NCBI RefSeq assembly: GCF_054482525.1
Contig: NZ_CM137006.1
Reading direction: 5' to 3' (one strand)
Length of the DNA stretch: 64,000 nucleotides
A model generated the notes under the pieces. That model saw nothing but the letters and a program-made list of their open reading frames with translations. It was not told the DNA's origin and did no database searches. Numbering within the stretch: the first letter of the stretch is position 1; every line of letters begins with the position of its first letter. The translations under genes and the position numbers were made by a program. Below, one piece after another: positions 42,476 through 54,054 of the stretch.

Positions 42476-43414
42476 TTAGCGGCTCAACTGGCTAATCAGG
42501 GCAGGGACGACTTTGTAGATATCGCCCACCAGACCGTAGTCGGCATAGTTGAAGATTGGCGCATTTTTATCTTTATTGATGGCGACAATCACTTTTGCGC
42601 CGTTGCCGCCAACCATATGCTGGATCTGCCCGGAGATCCCCAGCGTCAGGTAGAGATCGGATTTCAGCAACACGCCGGAGACACCGATATAACGTTCACG
42701 CTCCATCCAGTTCTCGCCTTCGGCAATTGGACGTGAACAGCCGACTTCAGCATTCAGAACCGCCGCCAGTTCGTGGACCATTTTCAGGTCATCCTGCGCA
42801 GCCAGACCACGACCGACGCCAACCACACGTTTTGCTTTGCTCAGGTCCACGCTGCTTGCCGCTTTCGCACGGCGTTCGCGACAGAGAATTTCATGACGCG
42901 GGGCAACATAAGGTACCGTTTCTGTCGGGCACTGATGAGCGGTATCACTGGTGCACGGTTCCTGAACACCGGGCGCAAGGGTAATGATCGCCAGCGGGCT
43001 GTTGATCTTTTCCTGTGCGAACGCTAACCCGCCATACATCCGGTGTTCGGCGCAAATGTGACCATCGACAATATCCACCGCAGTGGCATCGTTCACCAGC
43101 GCCGCATTCAGTTGCACACTTAACCGTGCTGCCAGAGCTTTACCACGTTTCGTCGCGGCCAGCAGCAACATAGAAGGGTGTTTATCTTTCAGCAGGGCAG
43201 CAATGCTTTCGGCGTAATTTTCAGTACGTTGCAGCGCATCATTTTGCTCAAGAACATAAATACATTTTGGACCATAAGGTATAACTGCCTGCGCCTGGTC
43301 GGTATTTTGTACAATGGCATACACCTGTTGGCCCCATTGCTGCGCGCCGCTAAACAGTTCAGCATAACGTTCAGGATTATCGCTAAAGACCCAGACGCTG
43401 TTTAATTGACTCAT
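42476..43414 (-). CDS. ydiR: Electron transfer flavoprotein alpha subunit (FixB family)
   Basis: 312-aa ORF. Confidence 0.9.
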   Translation of the reverse strand: MSQLNSVWVFSDNPERYAELFSGAQQWGQQVYAIVQNTDQAQAVIPYGPKCIYVLEQNDALQRTENYAESIAALLKDKHPSMLLLAATKRGKALAARLSVQLNAALVNDATAVDIVDGHICAEHRMYGGLAFAQEKINSPLAIITLAPGVQEPCTSDTAHQCPTETVPYVAPRHEILCRERRAKAASSVDLSKAKRVVGVGRGLAAQDDLKMVHELAAVLNAEVGCSRPIAEGENWMERERYIGVSGVLLKSDLYLTLGISGQIQHMVGGNGAKVIVAINKDKNAPIFNYADYGLVGDIYKVVPALISQLSR

Positions 43415-43433
43415 CGTTTCTTCTCCGTAGGCT

Positions 43434-44198
43434 TCAGTTCAGGGCTTTCTTCAGATGTTCCGCCAGCTCGGCAATGGCCTCCGGCGAATCGTTATCGAGA
43501 ATGATGTGCTTACGTTCTGTTTGCGGCGGTACGCGAATGCTGGTCAGTTCAGCAAGTGGCGCGCTCTGGCTCCAGCCAATGTCACTTGCCTGCCACTGAT
43601 TTATCGGTTTTTTACCCGCGCCGAGAATGGCTTTCATCGAAGGAATGCGTGGCATATTAATATCGGAGGTGACGCAGAGCACGGCTGGAACAGAGAGCTC
43701 AATAACTTCAACATCATCTTCAAGCGTGCGTTCAATCACCAGTGTATTGCCCTGACGCTGAATAGCACTCACTGCATTAATCACCGGAAGTTGTAGAATT
43801 TCTCCGACCAGCAAGCCAACCTGCTGGGCATAAAGGTCGCCGGAACCTTCACCAAAGATCAGTAAATCGAAGCCGATCTTTTCAACTGCTGCCGCCAGCG
43901 CCTTTGCGGTATCGAGAGGTAGTGCATGTTCAAGTTGCGCATCCTGCACCAAATACAGGCTATGTGGCCCGCGGGATAGCACGTCTTTGCGCACTTTCGA
44001 GTTCTGCAACAATGAGCCGCCAATGGTCAGCGCGGCTATCTCATCGTCATCTGTTGCAATCTGGCTTGCAGCTTCAATGGCATTGAGATCGAACTGGCTG
44101 ATTTTGGCGTCGGCATTGTCGAAATTCAGGGTATATTCTGGAGTGACAACAATGTCCTGTTCTTCAGGCACCAGCTTAAAGCAGGTTATTATTTTCAT
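43434..44198 (-). CDS. ydiQ: Electron transfer flavoprotein beta subunit (FixA family); start at ATG giving MKIITCFK
   Basis: 254 aa; track ORF N-terminal extension (to 44297) judged non-coding. Confidence 0.85.
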   Translation of the reverse strand: MKIITCFKLVPEEQDIVVTPEYTLNFDNADAKISQFDLNAIEAASQIATDDDEIAALTIGGSLLQNSKVRKDVLSRGPHSLYLVQDAQLEHALPLDTAKALAAAVEKIGFDLLIFGEGSGDLYAQQVGLLVGEILQLPVINAVSAIQRQGNTLVIERTLEDDVEVIELSVPAVLCVTSDINMPRIPSMKAILGAGKKPINQWQASDIGWSQSAPLAELTSIRVPPQTERKHIILDNDSPEAIAELAEHLKKALN

Positions 44199-44513
44199 GA
44201 TTTCTCCTGTGAGTCGCATACGGAACCATCTCCGATGGAAGGTAAAAATGGCCTGAAAATAGTGTGCGATAGCGGTGCGGGGTTTTCGACGGAGCAAGCT
44301 GTTTTCCTTGCCAACAATCTTGCAAAAAAAATGCGATCGCTAAAACAAAAGTGCAATTTGTGGCAATGTTGTTATTCCATGACCGTACAATCTTGCATTC
44401 AGTGTAAATAATCTTGTTTAGCTCTCGCTAAACGCGGTTGTATAACCGCAATACACGCCGTATTTTATCCGGCATATATTGTTTTTGCTTGCTCATGGAA
44501 TAGGGAGGTTGTC

Positions 44514-45425
44514 ATGTATCAACGCTGTTTTGATAACGCCAGCGAAACGCTGTTTGTCGCCGGTAAAACGCCACGGCTTTCACGTTTTGCATTTAGCGAT
44601 GATCCAAAATGGGAGTCCGGACATCACGTTCATGACAATGAAACCGAGTTGATTTACGTCAAGAAAGGGGTAGCAAGGTTTACCATCGATTCTTCGTTAT
44701 ATGTCGCGCATGCCGATGACATTGTGGTGATAGAACGTGGCAGGCTGCATGCGGTGGCCTCTGACGTTAACGATCCAGCAACGACGTGTACCTGTGCGCT
44801 GTACGGCTTTCAGTTTCAGGGGGCTGAGGAAAATCAGCTACTGCAACCGCATTCTTGCCCGGTAATTGCCGCAGGGCAGGGAAAAGAAGTCATTAAAACC
44901 TTATTTAATGAGCTAAGTGTGATTTTGCCGCAAAGTAAAAATAGCCAAACATCTTCGTTATGGGACGCATTTGCCTATACGTTAGCAATTCTTTACTATG
45001 AAAACTTTAAAAATGCTTATCGTTCGGAGCAGGGGTATATTAAAAAAGATGTTCTGATAAAAGATATTCTTTTCTATCTGAATAATAATTATCGCGAAAA
45101 AATCACTTTAGAGCAGTTATCGAAAAAATTTCGTGCCAGCGTCAGTTATATTTGCCATGAATTTACCAAAGAGTATCGTATTTCCCCTATTAACTATGTT
45201 ATTCAACGGCGTATGACGGAAGCGAAATGGTCACTCACTAATACTGAATTATCACAGGCAGAGATCTCCTGGCGTGTGGGTTATGAAAATGTCGATCACT
45301 TTGCCAAACTGTTTTTGCGCCATGTCGGCTGTTCGCCCAGCGATTACCGCAGGCAATTTAAAAACTGTTTTGCGGAACAAGAAATCCTATCTGAATTTCC
45401 TCAACCAGTAAGTCTTGCCGGATAA
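44514..45425 (+). CDS. ydiP: AraC-family transcriptional regulator
   Basis: 303-aa ORF with cupin N-domain and C-terminal AraC HTH. Confidence 0.85.
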   Translation: MYQRCFDNASETLFVAGKTPRLSRFAFSDDPKWESGHHVHDNETELIYVKKGVARFTIDSSLYVAHADDIVVIERGRLHAVASDVNDPATTCTCALYGFQFQGAEENQLLQPHSCPVIAAGQGKEVIKTLFNELSVILPQSKNSQTSSLWDAFAYTLAILYYENFKNAYRSEQGYIKKDVLIKDILFYLNNNYREKITLEQLSKKFRASVSYICHEFTKEYRISPINYVIQRRMTEAKWSLTNTELSQAEISWRVGYENVDHFAKLFLRHVGCSPSDYRRQFKNCFAEQEILSEFPQPVSLAG

Positions 45426-45467
45426 ATCTGGCGGCGCAGTTTGTTAAGAAGCTGCGCCGCCTGCAGA

Positions 45468-46619
45468 TTATTTGTTCTGATAATCTTTCAGGATCTGCCG
45501 ACCTGCTACGTAAATCATAATTTCGTCTGTACCGCCGCCGATACGTTCACAACGGACATCACGCCAGAAGCGGGAGACGCGCGCCTCATCGGTATAGCCC
45601 AGACCGCCCATGATTTGAATCGCATCATCAATGACTTCCATTGCGGTACGTGCGCAGTACAGTTTTGCCAGCGCCGCGCTGGTGCGCAGTGACTGATGCT
45701 GATCGGCTTGCCATGCCACTTTCAACACCATGTTGCGCATGTTGTCGATCTTAATCGCCATCAGCGCCAGTTTTTCCTGGATCATCTGGTTATGACCAAT
45801 TGGTTTACCAAAAGCGATACGTTGGTTGGCATAGCGGGCGGCATCTTCGAATGCGCATTCGGCAAAGCCGGTGCTGCGCGCGGCGTTGATCAGGCGCTCC
45901 ATCTCAAAGTTGTACATCACATTGAGGAAACCCATTCCTTCTTCGCCCACTATGTCGCTCTCTTCAACTTCCACGTTGTCGAGATAGACTTCGCAGGTGC
46001 TGAGCATATGCCAGCCGATTTTATGCAGCGGGTTAATCTTAATGCCGGGCTTACTGGAGTCGACCCACCACAGGGTGAAGGCTTTTTTGGGATCTTTCGG
46101 TTGCGGATCGCGCGCCAGCACCAGCATATACGGGTACTCTTTCGCACCGGTAATAAAGGTTTTCTGTCCATTGATGTAAACCTTGCCGTTTTTACGCGTG
46201 TAAGTGGTGGTAGCGCTGTTGTTATCTGAGCCAGCACCTGGTTCCGTCAACGCCAGGGCATAGGCGGGGTCGCCGGTTTCCAGGGTGCTTTCTGCCGTTT
46301 TACGTAGCTGCTCTGCAGAACCGAAACGGCGCATACTGTGAATACATTGACCGTTGGTGATCAAAAATGCCGGAGCACCGCATTTTGACACTTCCATCAG
46401 CGCCAGCATTTGGGTGACATAATCCGCAGGGATACCACCAAATTCTTCCGGCACGCCAAGCATGGAAATACCGTTATCCGCCAGTGCCCGCATAAACTCA
46501 CGCGGATATGTCCCGTTTTGATCGCAGGTGCGGAAATACTCTTCCGGAAAGTTAGTCGTAATCAGTTCGCGAATACTGGCCAGCAGCAGTTCTTGTTCTT
46601 CAGTTAAAGAAAAATCCAT
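45468..46619 (-). CDS. ydiO: Acyl-CoA dehydrogenase-family protein (start at ATG giving MDFSLTEEQ; 383 aa)
   Basis: ACAD fold motifs; track ORF start at 46673 is upstream in-frame extension. Confidence 0.85.
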   Translation of the reverse strand: MDFSLTEEQELLLASIRELITTNFPEEYFRTCDQNGTYPREFMRALADNGISMLGVPEEFGGIPADYVTQMLALMEVSKCGAPAFLITNGQCIHSMRRFGSAEQLRKTAESTLETGDPAYALALTEPGAGSDNNSATTTYTRKNGKVYINGQKTFITGAKEYPYMLVLARDPQPKDPKKAFTLWWVDSSKPGIKINPLHKIGWHMLSTCEVYLDNVEVEESDIVGEEGMGFLNVMYNFEMERLINAARSTGFAECAFEDAARYANQRIAFGKPIGHNQMIQEKLALMAIKIDNMRNMVLKVAWQADQHQSLRTSAALAKLYCARTAMEVIDDAIQIMGGLGYTDEARVSRFWRDVRCERIGGGTDEIMIYVAGRQILKDYQNK

Positions 46620-46632
46620 CATTATACTCCTG

Positions 46633-48228
46633 TTAATTAGCCGCTTCAGGCAGGACAAAACCCATCGCCGCATCGATAAATAATCTTTCGTCCATCAGTT
46701 TGAGTTCTGGCGAAATCACTGGGGTGAAATCCATTTTGTCGAGAATATCTTTTTGTAAATCGACGCCAGGAGCGATTTCGATTAAATGCAGGCCGTCTTC
46801 TTTTAGCGTGAATACGGCGCGCTCAGTGATATAACGAACATCCAGTCCTCGCTCGAGAGCGATTTTTCCGCTGAAAGTAATTTCTGGTAGTTCCCGAATA
46901 AATTTCTTCACCCGTCCTTCCTGGACGATATTTAATTTGCCGTCGGCAATTTCTGTTTTTAAACTGCCCGCAGTTAATGTGCCGCAGAAAACGATTTTCT
47001 TCGAAGTGGCACTGATATCAATAAATCCACCGGTGCCCATGATTTTACCATTGAATTTATGCACGCCGACGTTACCGTGCTGGTCGACTTCAGCAAAACT
47101 CAAATAACAAACATCCAGACCGCCACCGTGATAAAAATCAAACTGGGACGTCATATCCAGAATGGCACGGGTATTCACGTTCGCGCCAAAGGCGATCCCC
47201 TGTGAAGTAATACCGCCAATTGGGCCTGTTTCTACCGTCAGAATAAAGTCATCAGCACAACCTTCTTCCCGGGCGACCAGGCCAATGCCGTCAGCAATAC
47301 CGACGCCGACATTCCCCACTGCGCCTTTGCGCATTTCGAATAATGCACGCCGTGCAACTAATTTACGTTGGTTTAGGGGCAGGCTAAGTTTGGTGCTGTC
47401 ATCAAGGGTGAAGTCACCAGAAATAAAGCGGTTAACCGGTGCACCGCCATACAGTTGGGTTTGATCCGGATCGACTACCACAATATCCACCAGATAACCC
47501 GGAATACGGACAGATTTAGGATGCAGCGTGGCTTTCTTAACCATCTTCTGCACCTGCATCATCACAATACCGCCGTTATTGTGCACCGCCTGAGCAATAA
47601 CCAATGCGTCGAGATACATCACCTCATCTTCAAAAGTGGCGTAGCCTTCACTGTCGCAGGTGGTAGCGCGAATGAAGGCAATATCTGGCGCTATCGCTTT
47701 GTAATAGAGATATTCTTTGTTTTCAAACTCGACCAGTTTAATCAGGTCTTCTTTAGTGACTTCATTCAGTTTGCCGCCTTGCTGGCGTGGATCGACAAAT
47801 GTTCCGATACCAATATCACTAATAATACCAGGCTGGTGGGCTGCGGCGGCGCGTAAGGTTTGTGTAAGTACACCTTGTGGATAGTTATAAGCAATAATTT
47901 TATTTTGTTCTGCGAGATCAGAAATACGCGGCGATTGTCCCCAGTGCCCGCATAATGCCCATTTCACCAGACCTTCTTGCGCCAGCGGACTAATACCGCG
48001 GTCGGCGCGATCGCCAAGCCCTGTTGGACTAATAATCGATAAATTACGTGGCGTTTGAGTCTGTTTATATTTATCAGCAAGAGCAGTAATTAACGTGGTG
48101 GCTTCCAGAATACCGCCGCCAGCGCCTAACACACAAAGTGTTGCTTCGTCGGGAATATAATTCACCGCTTCCTGTGCCGACAGGACCGGCACTCGTCCAT
48201 TAATACGAGGTGGTTTTACAGGTTTCAT
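46633..48228 (-). CDS. ydiF: Fused alpha/beta acetate/acyl-CoA transferase
   Basis: 531-aa ORF, CoA-transferase family I. Confidence 0.9.
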   Translation of the reverse strand: MKPVKPPRINGRVPVLSAQEAVNYIPDEATLCVLGAGGGILEATTLITALADKYKQTQTPRNLSIISPTGLGDRADRGISPLAQEGLVKWALCGHWGQSPRISDLAEQNKIIAYNYPQGVLTQTLRAAAAHQPGIISDIGIGTFVDPRQQGGKLNEVTKEDLIKLVEFENKEYLYYKAIAPDIAFIRATTCDSEGYATFEDEVMYLDALVIAQAVHNNGGIVMMQVQKMVKKATLHPKSVRIPGYLVDIVVVDPDQTQLYGGAPVNRFISGDFTLDDSTKLSLPLNQRKLVARRALFEMRKGAVGNVGVGIADGIGLVAREEGCADDFILTVETGPIGGITSQGIAFGANVNTRAILDMTSQFDFYHGGGLDVCYLSFAEVDQHGNVGVHKFNGKIMGTGGFIDISATSKKIVFCGTLTAGSLKTEIADGKLNIVQEGRVKKFIRELPEITFSGKIALERGLDVRYITERAVFTLKEDGLHLIEIAPGVDLQKDILDKMDFTPVISPELKLMDERLFIDAAMGFVLPEAAN

Positions 48229-48370
48229 TGTTAATTCCTGATTCAGGTGTGATTTTCCCTACGCCTGATGGAGAATTAGCGCACAGAGACTCACGAAATA
48301 TTTTTATTAAATACGGTTGAATATATTTTTTAGTTCGGCGGGGAGGGTGTTCCCGCCGAAATATTATTGC

Positions 48371-49129
48371 TTATGCCTGGTGTAAAATAGTTAATACCGT
48401 GCGCAAATCATTTACCGAGATTTGCCCTGGCGCAGACGCTTTTTTTACCGCACCAAAAGTTGCCGCCGACCCAAATACTTCACCAGCCAGACGAGAAATT
48501 ACGCCAGTTTTTGCCATCGACATCGTGATAATTGGACGATCGGCATACTGCTCCTGCATCTCCAGGGTCGCGGCAAGCAACGTCAGCACATCGCTGGTAC
48601 TTTGCGGCATCAGCGCAATCTTAGGAATATCGGCGTCGAAGGACTGCATTTTGCGCAGACGGGCAATGATTTCTTCGGCTTCCGGCGTTTTATGGAAGTC
48701 ATGGTTGGACATGACAACTTTCACATCATGCGCGTGGGCGTAGGCGACGGTTTCTTTAACCTGATCATCACCGGTAAATAACTCCAGATCGATCATATCA
48801 ACCAGGCCGCTGTCGATGGCTGCACGATTGAGTGCAATATAAGCCTCGGTGGAAATCGCCTGCTCGCCGCCTTCTTTGGCACTGCGGAAGGTAAACAGCA
48901 GCGGTTTTTCTGGCATGGTCTCACGGAGAATTTTTGCCGCCGCCATGACAGACTCCACATTGGAGAGGTCGGCATAGTGGTCCACACGCCATTCCAGAAT
49001 ATCAAAGTCCGCTTCACGATAGGCGAGAGCTTCGGATTTCACGCTGGCGATATCTTTCGCCATCAGCGAGACGATGATTTTAGGTGCGCCCGTACCAATG
49101 ACGAGATCTTTTACAGTTACGGTTTTCAT
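48371..49129 (-). CDS. aroD: 3-dehydroquinate dehydratase type I
   Basis: 252-aa [29 protein letters not shown]. Confidence 0.95.
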   Translation of the reverse strand: MKTVTVKDLVIGTGAPKIIVSLMAKDIASVKSEALAYREADFDILEWRVDHYADLSNVESVMAAAKILRETMPEKPLLFTFRSAKEGGEQAISTEAYIALNRAAIDSGLVDMIDLELFTGDDQVKETVAYAHAHDVKVVMSNHDFHKTPEAEEIIARLRKMQSFDADIPKIALMPQSTSDVLTLLAATLEMQEQYADRPIITMSMAKTGVISRLAGEVFGSAATFGAVKKASAPGQISVNDLRTVLTILHQA

Positions 49130-49159
49130 TTTTTACCCTTTCTGCACGCGGTCAGCCTG

Positions 49160-50026
49160 TCAGGCACCGAACCCCATGACCTGTTTAACATATTCCAGAG
49201 GGAAATCTTTGCCAGTCCATAACGTGAACTGTTCAGCCCCTTGCCACAACAACATGCCGTATCCATCAATTGTTTTGCAACCAGCTTGTTGCGCCTGCTG
49301 CAATAACTTCGTCATATGCGGGTTATACACGCATTCAGTGACCAGAAGTCCCGGATGTAACAGACTGATATCATTAACCAATGATTCATTCTCAAGGGGT
49401 TTCATACCCACTTTTGTGCCATTGGTTAAAATGTCGGCGGAAGCCAGGGCTTCAGCAAAGGCTTGCTGATCGGCGAGATCGGTAACCGTGACGACACAAT
49501 CGGTGTTTTCATTAACCCGCTGCGCGAAGGCGAGGGCTTTATCGAAGAACTCATCCCGACGGTTAAAGAGTTTAATTTCTTTTAAACCTTCAATTGCCCC
49601 CTGCGCGCCAATTGCCGTTGAGGCACCTCCGGCCCCTAACAGCACCATCGTTTTGCCTTTGATATCAAAACCGCTCTCTTTAATGGCGCGAATATGCCCC
49701 GTGCCGTCGGTGTTATAGCCACGCAGATAGCCATCATCATTAACGATGGTGTTGATGGCCCCCACCAGTTTGGCAGCTGGCGTTAATTCATCTACATATT
49801 CACACGCCAGTTGTTTGTTGGGCATCGATACACCAGTTCCGCGCATTTTGAGGGCTTTTAATCCTTCAATTGCTCCGGGAAAGCTATCGTTATCCACTTC
49901 GAAGGCCATATAGGTAAATGGCAATCCTGCTTTTTCTAAGGCTTTATTCTGCATTTCGGGCGATAAACTGTGGCGGATGGGATAGGCCATCAGCCCAATC
50001 AATTCGTATTTTGCGGTAACATCCAT
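49160..50026 (-). CDS. ydiB: Quinate/shikimate 5-dehydrogenase
   Basis: 288-aa ORF, shikimate dehydrogenase fold (GAGGAS motif). Confidence 0.9.
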
Positions 50027-50037
50027 AATTAACTCCT

Positions 50038-51309
50038 TTAACCTCTATGCTTAATTGTGTTTAACCGGGTGCTAAATTTACGCTCGCCAAACCGCACATC
50101 ATTTTCAGGAATAATGAAAACGCGGTAATAGCGGATAAAGACAATAATTGCGGTAATCAGGGCCAGCAGCGCGAAAGTAAAATCGAGAACAATGATATAT
50201 TGCAGGCCGATGTTCGACAGATAACCGGTAATCAGCGGAATAACAAAGTTAGCCAGTCCACCCATCATCATATAAATACTGGTGACTTTGGCTTTGCTTT
50301 TTGGAAAAAACTCTGACATGACCGAAACGCCGAGCTGTAAAATGCCGCCAGCCGCTGAGAAACCGATAACAAAGGCTCCGGCATTGCACACCAGTGGAGA
50401 AGGGTACAGGTAGATAATGGCAGCTGTTATTGTTGCCAGTGCAGAGTTAAATACATTAGCCCAGATGGGCCGGATCATTTTTTTTAGTAGTGCGGCAAAA
50501 ATAAAGACACAGACTAATGAGCCCATACTGTAATAAGAGATGGTTTTTAATGCTTCAGCTTCTGACATACCAGCAAAAGCCATCGCATATTTGGGCATCC
50601 ACACCACAATCACATAAAAGGTCGAGAATGCGGCTACGCCGAACATTACCGATGAAACACCTTCCAGCCAGACTAATGGTTTGCTGTTCATTTGTGGTAA
50701 TTCATGAGCTACGCTGGCGTCCACCAACTGGCTGGGGAATTTGCTTTTCAACAGCATCAGCGTGATCAGTAAAAATAGGATGCCTGGAATAATCAGCCCA
50801 TAGCCGTACCAGATGTTATTGAGCAACATATAGCTCACCAGCATTGGGTAGAACATTTGTCCGAATGACACCATCGCTTTAACCAGTATGACCGCCGAAC
50901 CAGAGGCTTTCGGAAAGCATTCCATGAGCGCAGGGTAGCCACCCGTATCCAGCGCTGAGTTAGCGATACCTACGCACACTGCCAGACAGTAGGCGAGAGT
51001 TAAATTCGGGCAAGCGGGAATACCAAAGAAGAATAGCAGGTACATTATTACTGCCATTAATATCACCGCCCGACGACCAAACTTATCGGAGATCACACCG
51101 AAGAATAAAATACTGATCAATCGCCCCAAACCGATACCGGAAATTAAATAGGCAATGCCCGCGTTGTCAGTGGAAAACTTTTCTGCCAGAGATGACATAT
51201 TTTGGGCAAGCGTAATAACACTAATGCCGTGCAGGAAATAGCTGAAGTAAATACAAAGAACAGCCAGGATAAATGGCGTGCTGAAAGCCTTATTTTGAGA
51301 CATTTTCAC
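50038..51309 (-). CDS. ydiN: MFS transporter YdiN
   Basis: 423-aa 12-TM-like ORF. Confidence 0.85.
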
Positions 51310-51529
51310 AGCTCCTTGCTGAAAGATAATTTCGTTACCGTACGTATTGTTCTCCGACGGTTTACATAATTACTATACTGAAGATGATTTTCCCTGGGTA
51401 CATGGCATAAAGTTTATGTTTCCAGGAATATTGCATGTCATAGTTTGTTTTTGATCGCGATTTTCCTTAGTTAGCGCAGAAAGAGTTATTTATCCGTAAG
51501 ATCTTGCATGACCTGAAAAGAATATTGCA

Positions 51530-52744
51530 TTACCCACCCGGAGCGGCATTTTCCTTTAGCGAGTGATGCCACGTTTCTTTGCGGCTGCGTAAGCCGATAA
51601 ACAGTGCCAGTAAAAAGCCGATGGCAGCGATGGCGGTATCGAACCACATAATATCGGCAATACTTCTTTGGGACAGATGAGCCGTAATCAACGGAATAGT
51701 AAAGGTCGCAATACTGCCCGCACTGTAATAGATCCCTGTAGCTTTACCTTTAGCGTAGGGGAAACGTTCAGCCATTAATGTCAGGCCAATTTGCACAACA
51801 CCTCCAGCAGAGGTAAAACCAATGACAAAAGCAAATATTATCACCACATAAAATGTGGGATGCAGACAGACGGTAAACAGAGCAATAAATGAGATAAAGG
51901 TGTACAGCATCAGTAATGTTGTTGGGCGAACGGTATTACGAATGAGTGGAGCGGTGATAAATACACAAAGCAGCGAACCCACGGTGTAGATACTGAGTAG
52001 TTTGATCGACATAGTGTATGACATGCCTGCAACAAATTGTCCGTACTGTGCCAGCCACTGGCTAACCAGATAAAAGGTTGCCATTGAGATATAGCCATAT
52101 AAGGTATAACTGGCTAAATCGATTATTGAGCAGCGATGTTCCGTAGAGCTGGTGGTTTTCTCTATGACAGGTAAGCGACGACCCGGATGGGGTGGGAACG
52201 TACAACGGTATAAAAACAGAGCGTTAATAAACATAATGCCTGCGGCAATCATAAAGGACCAGCCGAACCACAGTTCAGCCCACACTAACAGGCTGATGAT
52301 TAGCGGTAATAAAAATTGCCCGCTGGAAACAAATGCTTTAATTAAAATATTGGCTGTACCCGGTGAGCGTGGAAAAGCTTCCATCAAACTGGGATAGGTG
52401 CCTGCATCGAGAAAACTGTTTGCCATTCCCGCCAGAAAGCCCAAACCATAAGCGATAATGATGTTATTGGTGTGCAGGATGCCAAAAAAGAAGGCCATAT
52501 AGCAGCACATCCCGAGCATGATAAAAGGGCGGCGACCAAAGCGATCGGATAATAATCCTGCAAAAAGCAAGACACTTAATCGACCAATACCCAGCGATGA
52601 GATAACTATTGAGACGCCTGCGGCATTAGTCTGCCAAAGCGTCTCCAGCGAGGCCATATTCAGGCTCATCAAAATGACGCCCATACCATGCACCAGGTAA
52701 TTAAAATACAACCCAAGTGCGGTAGGGAAATAGGGATTTTTCAT
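51530..52744 (-). CDS. ydiM: MFS transporter YdiM
   Basis: 404-aa membrane ORF, paralogous to ydiN. Confidence 0.85.
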   Translation of the reverse strand: MKNPYFPTALGLYFNYLVHGMGVILMSLNMASLETLWQTNAAGVSIVISSLGIGRLSVLLFAGLLSDRFGRRPFIMLGMCCYMAFFFGILHTNNIIIAYGLGFLAGMANSFLDAGTYPSLMEAFPRSPGTANILIKAFVSSGQFLLPLIISLLVWAELWFGWSFMIAAGIMFINALFLYRCTFPPHPGRRLPVIEKTTSSTEHRCSIIDLASYTLYGYISMATFYLVSQWLAQYGQFVAGMSYTMSIKLLSIYTVGSLLCVFITAPLIRNTVRPTTLLMLYTFISFIALFTVCLHPTFYVVIIFAFVIGFTSAGGVVQIGLTLMAERFPYAKGKATGIYYSAGSIATFTIPLITAHLSQRSIADIMWFDTAIAAIGFLLALFIGLRSRKETWHHSLKENAAPGG

Positions 52745-52843
52745 AGGTTCTACTTAGCAAAGGTGCTTTAAAAAGTGAAGCGATGTTGTATCAGCATCCG
52801 TTCATTATTGTTGTAACAACGACAATTCCTTTCTGTGGGAAAA

Positions 52844-53200
52844 TTAACAAAGGCGCTCCAGATCGTGTGCATATAATTCAGCGGCTACCGATTGATAGAT
52901 CTTCCAGTCAATAAAATTGCCATCAGGGTAGACACGTTGAAACGCGGTTAAGTCGGGGAAAAAACGCATGGTGTTGTTGCCGATGCGGTTATTTATTTTC
53001 TCTATGATGGCATGAAGATGTTTTTTTCGTTGCTGTCGCATAGCCAACAGTTGCTCGACCACACGATCAGGAATGGCGCATTTGCCATTTTCCCACTGAC
53101 GCCAGCTTTCATTGTCACCGGTCTGGGCAATCCAGGTCGCGCATTCATCAATAGTCATAGCAAAAATATGGCGAAGAGCCTGGAGTTCATAAGCGTTCAT
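52844..53200 (-). CDS. ydiL: Uncharacterized protein YdiL (118 aa; start at ATG giving MNAYELQ)
   Basis: Recognised sequence; last core gene before the accessory element. Confidence 0.8.
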   Translation of the reverse strand: MNAYELQALRHIFAMTIDECATWIAQTGDNESWRQWENGKCAIPDRVVEQLLAMRQQRKKHLHAIIEKINNRIGNNTMRFFPDLTAFQRVYPDGNFIDWKIYQSVAAELYAHDLERLC

Positions 53201-53338
53201 CGTGTAATGGCTGCATGAAATAAACAATAAAATATAAATAACATTATCAGCCTGCCGACGGCTTGAAGAGAGTCACAGTATCTTGTGCAACATTATTGGA
53301 AAGCGTGAGGGGCGAGGTAGCGAAGCGGAAAAATGTTA

Positions 53339-53443
53339 AAAAAAAGCCCATCGTGGGAGATGGGCAAAGACTACACACAGCAATTCGTTGTTTCACTCAG
53401 GGGATTTAAGTCATTGATTGATTTATGGGTATGCGGTTTTTCG
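53339..53443 (-). ncRNA. rprA: sRNA RprA (3' ~69 nt canonical, 5' end divergent)
   Basis: Minus strand 53407->53339 reads AAAUCCCCUGAGUGAAACAACGAAUUGCUGUGUGUAGUCUUUGCCCAUCUCCCACGAUGGGCUUUUUUU (rpoS-pairing region plus terminator); the 5' end coordinate is extrapolated from the expected length. Confidence 0.7.
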
Positions 53444-53472
53444 GCATAAACCAAATTAAGCAAGGCTTGAAA

Positions 53473-54054
53473 ATGGACACACAAATTGCACACATATCGC
53501 ACACAAATAAAAAGGGGTATGTATGGCGCAAGCGTTATGAAAAACGCACGATTGAAATCATCCTACGCACCCGTGATAAATCAATTGCCATAAAAAGAGC
53601 GGCATCAATAACAATTCGCTATATGGAATTAAAATCACTTGACGTTCCATTTAAAGCAATGCTGGAAATGTTAAAAAAGTTTCGTGATGGTCTGATTACG
53701 TCACATGACATTGAGCGCTTAAGGTCGATTGCGATAGCTTCACAGGAAGCTCCACACGCCGCTGTAACCGCTTCGCCTATACAAAGTGTTGGCTATGATG
53801 TCAAAACCGCTCAGAAAGCCGCACAGGGGCATTCCCTTGGCGATGCTCAAAAAGTGTACTTTGGCGCCAACACCGAATGGAAAGAAAAAACCATCAAGGC
53901 TTATTCTGGTTGTATCGACCGCTTTATTTTATGGTGCGCTAATAAAAATATTCATACCGTGGAAGAAATAACGAAAGAGCATGTGATTTCATTTAAATCC
54001 AGCATGGATGAAGAAAAATTAGCCTCCATGACTAAATTTCGCATAATAATATGA
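53473..54054 (+). pseudogene. Tyrosine-recombinase (integrase)-like N-terminal fragment; catalytic domain absent
   Basis: ORF ends after a SAM-like core-binding segment (TIKAYSGCIDRFILWCANKNIHTVEEITKEHVISFKSSMDEEKLASMT); no downstream RHRY catalytic domain; start uncertain (53425/53473). Confidence 0.4.
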
